Part shown: positions 56,293-64,000 of the stretch, one piece after another | How the letters are laid out: the number at the start of each line of letters is the position of its first letter | Numbering within the stretch: the stretch's first letter is position 1 | Source of the DNA: Anaerolineae bacterium | Lineage (GTDB): Bacteria; Chloroflexota; Anaerolineae; Aggregatilineales; Phototrophicaceae | Reading direction: 5' to 3' | DNA length: 64,000 nucleotides | NCBI GenBank assembly: GCA_022820125.1 | Contig: JAJEGA010000014.1 | Location: forward strand, 18,567 to 82,566 | Translations under genes and position numbers: made by a program | The notes under the pieces: generated by a model | The model's database searches: none | Seen by the model: the letters and a program-made list of their open reading frames with translations, nothing else | Told to the model about the DNA's origin: nothing

Positions 56293-59073
56293 ATGCGTGG
56301 CGAATTCATCGCCTTTGATCTCGAAACCACCGGACTGGACGCCGCATCAGACGAGATCATAGAAGTCGGCATCGCCCGCTTTCGCGACGGCGAACTCGTT
56401 GACCAATACCAATCGTTGGTTAATCCGCTGAAGCCCATCCCGCCCGAGATTACGCAGCTGACGGGCATCGACCAGGAGGACGTCGAAGACCAGCCGCGTA
56501 TCCAAGACATCCTGGCGGACGTCGACCGCATCATTGGCAATTTGCCCCTCGTCGCCCACAATGCGCAATTTGATGTGGCTTTCTTGGGCAAGCATCATCC
56601 GCTTGCCGCCAATCTGGCGATTGACACCGTGGAACTCGCTTCAATCATCTTGCCATCGGCGCCACGCTACAACCTAGGCAGCCTGACGCGGGGCTTGGGG
56701 ATTGAACTGGAGCGCGCCCACCGCGCCTTTGATGACGCTCTGGCGACCGGGTATCTCTACTGGTCGCTCTGGCAAATGCTTTGCCAACTGCCCGCCAGTC
56801 TCTTGGCTGAAATCATTGAAGCTAGCGGACGGCAGAAATGGGAATTGCGCGAAGTCTTCCAGGCTGCCATGACCGAAGCGCTAAAAGCCAATGGCATGAC
56901 CCGCGCGCGCAGCCCCTTCAAACCCGAACGGCTGACCGCGCCTGCGCTCGATATCGCGCAAGCCGGGCATCAACCGCTGGCGCCGGCCGAGGTCGATCAA
57001 GTCTTTGCCGAAGGCGGCGCCCTGGCAGCTCACCACGGTGGCTACGAAAGGCGAGACCAGCAACTGAATATGGCGCAAGACATCGCGCGCACGCTCAACC
57101 GCGGCGAGCAGCTCATGATTGAAGCGGGAACCGGCACCGGCAAATCAATCGCCTATCTGGTTCCTGCAGCGCTTTGGGCGCGGTCCAACAGCCAACGAGT
57201 GACCGTGTCAACGCACACGATCAATTTGCAGGAACAACTGCTCAAGCAAGACATCCCCCTCTTGCGCAAAATAGTCGGCGACGACCTGCAAGCCGCCTTG
57301 ATGAAAGGACGCGCCAACTATCTCTGTCCCCGGCGGCTGAACACCTTGCGGCGGCGGAAACCGGCTAACCGAGAAGAACTGCGCGCCTTGGCCAAAATCC
57401 TCGTCTGGCTGGAAAACAGCTCATCCGGCGACCGCGGCGAGATTAACTTGCGCGCCGGCGAGCGGGCAGTCTGGGCGCGATTAAGCGCGCAGGATGAGGA
57501 CTGCAGCGCCTTTCGCTGCGCCAGCGAAATGGAGGGCGTCTGCCCCTATTACAAGGCGCGCAAAAAGGCGGAGACCGCTCACATTCTCATAACCAATCAC
57601 GCGCTGCTGATCGCCGATGCCCGCATCGACAATCGCGCCCTGCCGGATTACCGCCACCTGATTGTAGACGAAGCCCACCAGCTCGAAGACGCGATCACCG
57701 ATGGCTTGAGCCGGCGAATCGATCAGCCCTTGATCCTGTCGCGATTGCGTGATCTCGGCGCCGTCAAAAGCGGTACATTCGGCGCGTTTCTCGCTGCCGC
57801 GCGCGATTACTTCCCGCCGAATGAACTCGAGCGACTCGCGACCTTCATTTCCAATATCAGCGACGCCGTCGCCGAAATGAAACGGGAGGTTCGAGCGTAC
57901 TTCCGCGCCCTGTATGATTTTGCCAAAGGCAGCGGCGACGGCGGTCGCTACGCCAGACGGCTGCTGAACTCGCAGCGAGAATCCGGCGGCTTCGTCAGCG
58001 TGCAGGCGGCATGGCGCCGCTTTGCCGAATACCTCCTCGCTGTGACCGATTCGCTGGAGCATCTGTGCCAAGCGCTGCCGCGCTACGAGCGGTTCCAAAT
58101 GCCGGATTACAGTGGCTACAGCAGCGAAATCCGCTCGAGTTGGCGCTTCCTGGCTGAGATTCACGAGCAGCTGGAGCGCTTTACCAACGATCCCGAAGCC
58201 AACGCCATTTATGCCATCACCGCCAGGGAAGGTCCCGAGCGGCTGCAAATTCATATTTCGCCTCTGCATGTTGGCCCCATGATGGACGAATACCTCAATC
58301 AGCGGATGGAAAGCATCGTCCTCACCAGCGCGACCTTAACGACGCAGGGCAGCTTTGACCATATTTCAGAACGGCTTTTCACCGACGATTATCAGAAGGT
58401 AGCGCTGGGTTCGCCATTCAACTACAAAGCGTCAACCATGTTGTACCTGCCGAACGATATGCCCGAGCCGAGCCAGCGGCGCGATTATCAGCGAATGCTG
58501 GAGCGCGGCATCATCGAATTGGCAGCCGAGCTGCAGGGGCGTGTAATGGCGCTCTTCACCAGCTATGCCCAGCTGCGAGAGACTTCCCGCGCAGTAACGC
58601 CCCGCCTCGCCCTTGGCGACATTATGGTCTACGATCAAAGCTTTGGCGGCAGCCGCGACGCGCTGCTCGAAAGTTTCAAGAAAGCCGATAAAGCCGTGCT
58701 CATGGGCACGCGCAGCTTTTGGCAAGGCGTGGATATCCCGGGAGATGACCTCAGCGCCCTCGTCATCGCGCGGCTGCCATTTGCGGTGCCTTCCGATCCG
58801 GTGTTCTCCGCTCGCTCCGAAACCTATAGCGACCCGTTTCAGCAATTCGCCGTGCCCGACGCCATCCTGCGTTTTCGGCAAGGGTTCGGCCGCCTGATTC
58901 GCAGCCGCAGCGACCGCGGCGTCGTCATCATATTTGACAGTCGCGTCACCAGCAAGCGCTACGGCAGTGATTTTCTTGAATCGCTGCCCGATTGCACAGT
59001 AGAATACGGTTCACTGGAGAATCTGCCAAAGGTCGCCTCCGACTGGATCCATGAAAGGCGGCGCAAAAAATGA
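56293..59073 (+). CDS. dinG: DnaQ-type 3'-5' exonuclease fused to DinG/XPD-family Fe-S helicase
   Basis: Exonuclease motifs FDLETTG, HNAQFDVAFL and HRAFDDALA. Helicase motifs GTGTGKS and DEAH. Cys cluster CPRR...CSAFRC...CPYY. Confidence 0.85.
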   Translation: MRGEFIAFDLETTGLDAASDEIIEVGIARFRDGELVDQYQSLVNPLKPIPPEITQLTGIDQEDVEDQPRIQDILADVDRIIGNLPLVAHNAQFDVAFLGKHHPLAANLAIDTVELASIILPSAPRYNLGSLTRGLGIELERAHRAFDDALATGYLYWSLWQMLCQLPASLLAEIIEASGRQKWELREVFQAAMTEALKANGMTRARSPFKPERLTAPALDIAQAGHQPLAPAEVDQVFAEGGALAAHHGGYERRDQQLNMAQDIARTLNRGEQLMIEAGTGTGKSIAYLVPAALWARSNSQRVTVSTHTINLQEQLLKQDIPLLRKIVGDDLQAALMKGRANYLCPRRLNTLRRRKPANREELRALAKILVWLENSSSGDRGEINLRAGERAVWARLSAQDEDCSAFRCASEMEGVCPYYKARKKAETAHILITNHALLIADARIDNRALPDYRHLIVDEAHQLEDAITDGLSRRIDQPLILSRLRDLGAVKSGTFGAFLAAARDYFPPNELERLATFISNISDAVAEMKREVRAYFRALYDFAKGSGDGGRYARRLLNSQRESGGFVSVQAAWRRFAEYLLAVTDSLEHLCQALPRYERFQMPDYSGYSSEIRSSWRFLAEIHEQLERFTNDPEANAIYAITAREGPERLQIHISPLHVGPMMDEYLNQRMESIVLTSATLTTQGSFDHISERLFTDDYQKVALGSPFNYKASTMLYLPNDMPEPSQRRDYQRMLERGIIELAAELQGRVMALFTSYAQLRETSRAVTPRLALGDIMVYDQSFGGSRDALLESFKKADKAVLMGTRSFWQGVDIPGDDLSALVIARLPFAVPSDPVFSARSETYSDPFQQFAVPDAILRFRQGFGRLIRSRSDRGVVIIFDSRVTSKRYGSDFLESLPDCTVEYGSLENLPKVASDWIHERRRKK

Positions 59074-59417
59074 AGACCCCGGCCGGTCGCGAGTGCCCCC
59101 ACTATTACGCCGACCATAATCGCCACACGCGCGACATAGAAGAATGCCGCCTGGCTAAGAGCAATCCCGAGTCCGAGACCTGGCGCCCAAAAGATTGCGT
59201 CAAATGTCCTGTTCCCGACATTGTCTTAGCCAACGCCAGCCCCGATACCCGGCTCGTGCTCACAATCAAAGCCGGTTTCCTCGGCTTTGTCCGGCGGGTG
59301 GAAGTCGAGGCGATCTGCCTCAAAAATGGCGAAAAGGTTGATCCATTCGTCGGCTGCCCGGATGATCATCCTGGTCTTGACATTTTCCGCCAGGCATTGG
59401 AAAGCAGCGATGATTAA
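59070..59417 (+). CDS. Small Cys-rich hypothetical protein, translationally coupled on both sides
   Basis: 115 aa. Cys at positions 9, 26, 43, 46, 92 and 106. The ATGA overlap with dinG and the ATGATTAA overlap with the next gene support expression. Confidence 0.5.
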   Translation: MKTPAGRECPHYYADHNRHTRDIEECRLAKSNPESETWRPKDCVKCPVPDIVLANASPDTRLVLTIKAGFLGFVRRVEVEAICLKNGEKVDPFVGCPDDHPGLDIFRQALESSDD

Positions 59418-60573
59418 GGCGGTCCTGCTCGATCTCGACAATACGCTGCTGCACAATCCCGATGAAGAATGGGTCGCCGCCTTTCGCCAGCAATGGGACC
59501 TGCACTTTGCCCAAACCTGCGGGATCAACCATGCCTCCAGCGCCCTGGGCAATGCCATCGGACGCTTGAATCGTGAACCGGCAACCGGCCGCGCGAACGC
59601 AGACATCATTTTTGAGGCGCTGTCATTGGCGCTGCCGCTGACCGACGCCGCGCTCTCGGCCGCCATCGCCAGCTTCTACCAAGGCAATTATCGCCGGCTC
59701 AGAGAAAACACCGCGCCAATCGCCCACGCCGCCAACTTGGTAAACGCCCTGCTGGAGCAGGATCTGCTCGTCGCAATCGCTACCAATCCCTTCTTCCCGG
59801 AAGCGGCTACGCGCGAACGAATCGGCTGGGCCGGCTTGTCCGGCTTCATATCGGATTTCGCCTACATCACCCATAGCGAGAATATGCGCTACGCCAAACC
59901 GAGCCCCGCCTATTATGCCGAGACCATTGCCCGCGTCGGCGTTGAACCCGATGAGGCATTGCTCGTCGGCGACAGCATGCGCAACGATATCGAACCGGCG
60001 CGGGCGATCGGCATCCACACCTGGCATGTAAACGCGAAGGGCGCGCTCTTGTCCCTTCTTGAGCGCGTGCGCGAATCCGGCTGGCGGCAGAACTATCTTG
60101 CGCGTCAGCTCCAGCCGGGCATGATCTTGCCGCAATTGCGGGGCAATAACGCCGCGCTCCAGGGGCTGCTGGCGGAGGCGCAGCCACATCACTGGCGGCA
60201 GCGTCCCGATCCGCAAGAATGGTCAATACTTCAGATTCTCTGCCACCTTTGGCAGACAGAAGAACCGGTGCACCGCGCACGCCTGCAAGCCATCCGCGAT
60301 CGCGATAATCCCTTTATCGCCGCGCTGCCTCCGCCCGGCCCCGATATCCCGCACTGCCACGATGACGGACGCGAAGTGCTGAACTGCTTCCTGGGCGAGC
60401 GCGAGGAGACGATTCGGCTGCTGGCGGGTTTGACGCCGGCGCAATGGGGGAGGACTGCAAGGCATAGCATATTTGGCTTGACAACCATGTTGGAGATGGC
60501 TCACTTTACCGCTCAGCATGACCGCCTTCACATCACCCAGCTCTGTCAGACCTTGGGCAAATGCGCCGAATGA
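59410..60573 (+). CDS. HAD-superfamily hydrolase fused to a DinB/YfiT-like four-helix-bundle domain
   Basis: HAD motif I VLLDLDNTLL and motif IV VGDSMRNDI. C-terminal DinB-like His pattern (CHLWQTE ... HFTAQHDRLH). Confidence 0.65.
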   Translation: MIKAVLLDLDNTLLHNPDEEWVAAFRQQWDLHFAQTCGINHASSALGNAIGRLNREPATGRANADIIFEALSLALPLTDAALSAAIASFYQGNYRRLRENTAPIAHAANLVNALLEQDLLVAIATNPFFPEAATRERIGWAGLSGFISDFAYITHSENMRYAKPSPAYYAETIARVGVEPDEALLVGDSMRNDIEPARAIGIHTWHVNAKGALLSLLERVRESGWRQNYLARQLQPGMILPQLRGNNAALQGLLAEAQPHHWRQRPDPQEWSILQILCHLWQTEEPVHRARLQAIRDRDNPFIAALPPPGPDIPHCHDDGREVLNCFLGEREETIRLLAGLTPAQWGRTARHSIFGLTTMLEMAHFTAQHDRLHITQLCQTLGKCAE

Positions 60574-60627
60574 TGGTGACCCCATCCGTAAGCTGCGAAC
60601 TCGCGCCATACAAGAGAGCCAAACGCG

Positions 60628-60655
60628 TTGACGAATGACGTACCTACTGTACAAT
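60628..60655 (+). promoter_or_regulatory. Putative promoter of the polyprenyl synthase gene (TTGACG-N16-TACAAT)
   Basis: TTGACG at 60628-60633 and TACAAT at 60650-60655. A GGAG sits 6 nt before the ATG at 60703. Confidence 0.5.
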
Positions 60656-60702
60656 ACGTTTAGATAGTTCTAAACTTCACGATTATCAAGTTGGAGTCCA
60701 CC

Positions 60703-61650
60703 ATGTCTGGCGCGCTAATTGAACAAGTGAAGTTGAATGACTCGCTGGACGAGTGGATGGCGGCGGTTGAATGCGCGATGTTCGCCGCCACAGACAGCGA
60801 CGTCCAGATCCTGCGGGAAGCCAGCCGCCATATCTTGAGCGCCGGCGGCAAACGCGTTCGTCCGCGCCTGCTGCTGCTCAGTTATCTGGCGCTCGGCGGT
60901 CGCGATCTGGCACAGGTTGCGAAACCGGCGGCCGCCATCGAGTTGATGCACACAGCCAGCGTCGTTCACGACGATATCAACGACCACGGGACGCTTCGCC
61001 GCGGGCGCCCGTCGGTCAATGCGCTATGGGGGCGTACTTTCGCGCTCTTGACCGGCGACTTTCTGTTCACCGCCGTATACGAATTGATGGCGCCCTATCA
61101 CGATCTCAACATCGATCTGGCGACGGCGGCCACTGGCTTGGTCGAAGGCGAAACGCTGCAGGCGAGCGCCGTGAAAAACAGAACCTTCACGCGCGAGGCA
61201 TATATGGAGATCATAGCGAAGAAGACCGCCGCCCTTTTCCAAGCCGCTGGGGCGATCGGCGCTAAATTGGCCCGCGCCAATAAAAGCGAAGTCAGCATCC
61301 TTTCCGCCTTTGGATTCAACCTCGGTCTCGCCTTTCAGCTTGTGGACGACATCCTTGATCTGGTGGCGGATGAAAGCAAACTGGGCAAAACCAGCGGAAT
61401 TGACCTCAGCCAGGGACGCGGCGTTGCCGTCGCGATGAACGATGTTCGCAGCAACGGCAATGCCCCGCGGATGGATCCCTTGGATGAAATTCGACAAAAG
61501 ATGATGGAGGACGACACCCTGGCCAAAGCGCGCGAACAAGCCGACCAGCTCGTTAACAGCGCGATTGCGAGCCTGGCCGCGCTGGATGACTCGCCCGCCA
61601 AATCGGCGCTTATTGACTTTGCCCGCCAAATCATCGACAGAGACAACTGA
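60703..61650 (+). CDS. Polyprenyl diphosphate synthase (trans-isoprenyl diphosphate synthase family)
   Basis: First Asp-rich motif VHDDINDHGTLRRGRPS and second VDDILD. Confidence 0.85.
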   Translation: MSGALIEQVKLNDSLDEWMAAVECAMFAATDSDVQILREASRHILSAGGKRVRPRLLLLSYLALGGRDLAQVAKPAAAIELMHTASVVHDDINDHGTLRRGRPSVNALWGRTFALLTGDFLFTAVYELMAPYHDLNIDLATAATGLVEGETLQASAVKNRTFTREAYMEIIAKKTAALFQAAGAIGAKLARANKSEVSILSAFGFNLGLAFQLVDDILDLVADESKLGKTSGIDLSQGRGVAVAMNDVRSNGNAPRMDPLDEIRQKMMEDDTLAKAREQADQLVNSAIASLAALDDSPAKSALIDFARQIIDRDN

Positions 61651-61782
61651 AGCCCGCCAGATCTTGCGCAGACGCAGCGTATCCCTGTAATCAAAATAGA
61701 AACGCTCTCTGCTCTCCTTGTGTACGAACATACTGCAAGTAAATATGCAAAATGCGGACCGTGATTCTTGTTGTCGGAATCT

Positions 61783-61853
61783 GTAGAGGCGAGACTAATC
61801 TCGCCCGTATTAGTGACAGATTGCATACGGGCGCCTTGGCGAGACGCCCCTAC
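61783..61853. repeat. GTAG...CTAC repeat, diverged copy within a diverged relative of the 174-nt element
   Basis: GTAGAGGCGAGA-CTAA-TCTCGCCC ... GGGCG..CGCCCCTAC. The flanks GCAAGTAAATATGCAAAATGC and GCTTTTTGCATGACTTGCTTGG resemble the flanks of 15965-16138. Confidence 0.6.
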
Positions 61854-62047
61854 ACGTTTTATGCTTTTTGCATGACTTGCTTGGTTCTATTTCTATGCCC
61901 TCAGTGTTGAAATTCTCTGTTCAAAACTCGGCAAAAGCGCTTGCCGGCGCCATCCGCCAACCTTAAGCAAAACGCAATCTCATTGCCAACAGGCGAAACT
62001 GGCAGCATAATGATTCGCGCCATACTTGCTGGACTGCGAGGCAAACA

Positions 62048-63610
62048 ATGAAAGTTGCGAGCATTGCGCAAGTGCGGGAAATCGAACGAGCCGCCGACCG
62101 CTCGCTGCTGAGCTTTCAGCAGATGATGCTGAACGCGGGCGCCGAAGCCAGCGAGCTTTTGCAGAAGCGCATCCCGATCGATGCCGCGAGCAAAATCACT
62201 TTTCTGATCGGCAAAGGCAATAACGGCGGCGATGGCTTGGTGATGGCGCGCGAACTGGCGCGAACCACCCGCGCCGACCTCCAGCTCTACCTGCTGGGCG
62301 CGCGCGACCGAGCCGATTTGAACTACCGAGCCGTGCTTGACGCCGGGCTATCGCTCGCCTCAGCCGCCGATGATCATAATGGAAAACAGCTCTCAAGTCT
62401 TGTCGAGAGCGCCGACATCATTGTCGACGCCATACTTGGAATCGGCGCGCGTCTGCCGCTGCGAGGACTCGCAGCCAAGACGCTGGAAACGGTGAACGAC
62501 TGCTTGCGCAAAAGGAAGGCGCGTCCATTTGTGCTGGCAATTGACTGCCCCAGCGGTATCGATTGCGACGCGGGCGACGCCGATGCCAATGTCATTGCCG
62601 CCGACCTCACCATTTCTTTCATCGCTGGCAAACCGGGCTTATTCGTCTTTCCAGCCGCTCGTTACGTCGGCGACCTGGAAATCGCCGCGATCGGCATCCC
62701 GGAGCGTTTCCCTCAATTGGCGCGCATCAAGACGACGGTCGTCGACGCTCGCCTCGCGTCTTCGCTCTTGCCTGAAAGACCGCTCGATGGCCACAAAGGC
62801 AGCTTCGGCAAAGTCTTGCTGGTGGCCGGCTCGGAACACTATATCGGCGCAATCGCCCTGGCCGCCGAAGCGGCCTATCGTTCGGGCGCCGGTCTGGTCA
62901 CGGTCGCTACAACTCGCCTGCTGATCGAAACGGTCGCGGGCTCCCTGCGCGAACCCACCTGGCTGCCTTTGCCGGAAAGGGATGGCGGCATTGCCGAGAC
63001 CGCCGTAGACGCCGTCCTCGCAGCAGCAGAGGCCTGCGATGCCCTGCTCATTGGATGTGGACTCGGTATGCGCGAGAGTACGCGGGAATTCCAGCGTCAA
63101 CTGTTTGCGCGAGGCTCCCTGCCCGCTTTGGTGCTGGACGCCGACGCCCTGAATCTTCTGCAACGGGACGCTCGCTGGTGGGATGCCTTGCCACCCGGCA
63201 CGATCATAACGCCCCACCCGGGCGAGCTGGCGCGGCTGACGGATCTAAGCGCGAACGAAATCAACGCCGATCGCTGGGATGTCGCGCGCCAATGCGCGGA
63301 CCGCTGGAAGCTTGTGCTCGTGCTCAAAGGCGCGCATACGCTGATTGCAGCGCCCGACGGTCGAACCTGCGTCCTGCCAATCAAGACGGACGCCCTCAGC
63401 ACCGCCGGAACCGGCGATATCCTTGCCGGGCTGATTACGGGCTTGCGCGCGCAAGGGCTAAACGCTTTTGACAGCGCCCGCCTCGGCGCTTACATTCATG
63501 CTTCAGCTGGCATAATCGCGGCTCAAAATGCGGGCAGCAGCCGCAGCGTCATCGCCGGCGATGTACTGTCTGCCTTGGGCTCGTCGTTCGCCGCGCTTGA
63601 AAGGCTTTAG
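62048..63610 (+). CDS. nnr: Bifunctional NAD(P)H-hydrate repair enzyme (epimerase plus ADP-dependent dehydratase)
   Basis: YjeF_N motif GKGNNGGDG. C-terminal kinase-fold GKVLLVAGS and GTGDILAG. Confidence 0.9.
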   Translation: MKVASIAQVREIERAADRSLLSFQQMMLNAGAEASELLQKRIPIDAASKITFLIGKGNNGGDGLVMARELARTTRADLQLYLLGARDRADLNYRAVLDAGLSLASAADDHNGKQLSSLVESADIIVDAILGIGARLPLRGLAAKTLETVNDCLRKRKARPFVLAIDCPSGIDCDAGDADANVIAADLTISFIAGKPGLFVFPAARYVGDLEIAAIGIPERFPQLARIKTTVVDARLASSLLPERPLDGHKGSFGKVLLVAGSEHYIGAIALAAEAAYRSGAGLVTVATTRLLIETVAGSLREPTWLPLPERDGGIAETAVDAVLAAAEACDALLIGCGLGMRESTREFQRQLFARGSLPALVLDADALNLLQRDARWWDALPPGTIITPHPGELARLTDLSANEINADRWDVARQCADRWKLVLVLKGAHTLIAAPDGRTCVLPIKTDALSTAGTGDILAGLITGLRAQGLNAFDSARLGAYIHASAGIIAAQNAGSSRSVIAGDVLSALGSSFAALERL

Positions 63611-63831
63611 CGCGTCGCTTCCAGCCGCGATCGCGCCAGCCGCTTCGCTTCAATGAGGCTCGCTTCCATCTCCGCCTCGGCGCTGCCGGCGCCAAATTGC
63701 CTCAGGTCTTTCCGCCGCACTTCGCCGCTGTGCTTGATTCGCGTGAGCGCGAAGAGCGTCCCGATGATGATGCCGAGCAGGATACCGACGAAGGTGGCGC
63801 TGTCGTCCAACTCAGGAAGTTTGAGACTCAT
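63607..63831 (-). CDS. Small YtxH-like membrane protein
   Basis: 74 aa. N-terminal TM FVGILLGIIIGTLFAL followed by a charged helical tail. Confidence 0.45.
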   Translation of the reverse strand: MSLKLPELDDSATFVGILLGIIIGTLFALTRIKHSGEVRRKDLRQFGAGSAEAEMEASLIEAKRLARSRLEATR

Positions 63832-64000
63832 CCTTATGATCCGTTATTGGCGCTTCCGTTGAAACAAGATTGCGAATCCGTATCAGTTCGCGCAGAAATA
63901 CGAGTAAACCGGAGAGAAAACTCTTGATCTGAATCAAGGGATCAACGGCGTTGCTATTGATGAATTGCGCCGTCGCGCGGCTCAGGCGCGTCGTCTCCCT
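63812..64000 (-). CDS. 3' end of a gene running off the window edge (unknown product)
   Basis: Hand translation of the minus strand from 64000 is open for 62 codons (RETTRLSRATAQFINSNAVDPLIQIKSFLSGLLVFLRELIRI...) and stops at 63812-63814, overlapping the next start. Not in the ORF track because it has no start codon in the window. Confidence 0.35.
   Translation of the reverse strand, partial: RETTRLSRATAQFINSNAVDPLIQIKSFLSGLLVFLRELIRIRNLVSTEAPITDHKDESQTS

Overview
This 64-kb window is GC-rich (roughly 60% by eye), densely coding bacterial chromosome. About 60 protein genes can be supported. I found no rRNA, tRNA, CRISPR array or recognisable riboswitch.

Most of the window is housekeeping:
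- Central metabolism: gap-pgk-tpiA, eno-pyk, sucCD, eda.
- Recombination and repair: ruvB-queA, yebC-ruvC-ruvA, mutS2, holA, and an exonuclease-DinG fusion.
- Translation and tRNA modification: rplU-rpmA-rpmE, mnmA plus a cysteine desulfurase, and a bacterial Elp3.
- Nucleotide metabolism: upp, tdk, thyX.
- B12 salvage: cobS-cobU.
- Cell-wall enzymes: two adjacent LysM proteins (one with an M23 peptidase domain), a MraY/WecA-type transferase and a NodB-type deacetylase.

The bacterial Elp3, the leaderless and TACAAT-type promoters and the overall gene set suggest a Chloroflexota-like lineage. That is an inference only.

Features that go beyond ordinary annotation:
1. A dispersed family of GTAG...CTAC double-hairpin repeats with REP/REPIN architecture. 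There are at least 8 copies, and two of them sit inside about 174-nt elements that are roughly 94% identical.
2. A lower-GC islet between cobU and holA. It holds a full-length Mrr, a catalytically degenerate Mrr_cat paralogue, two small coiled-coil/TM genes (one below the ORF-track cutoff) and two tandem 3' gene remnants.
3. An in-frame fusion of ribosomal protein L31 to a domain resembling the RNA polymerase alpha C-terminal domain.
4. A tightly coupled five-gene operon that pairs a TM-anchored JAMM/MPN+ protease with an A24 intramembrane aspartyl peptidase, a ParB/Srx-like protein, an ACT protein and an unknown 120-aa protein.

All coordinates for repeats, promoters and trimmed starts were derived by hand from the printed sequence. 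Family assignments rest on motif recognition, not on database searches.
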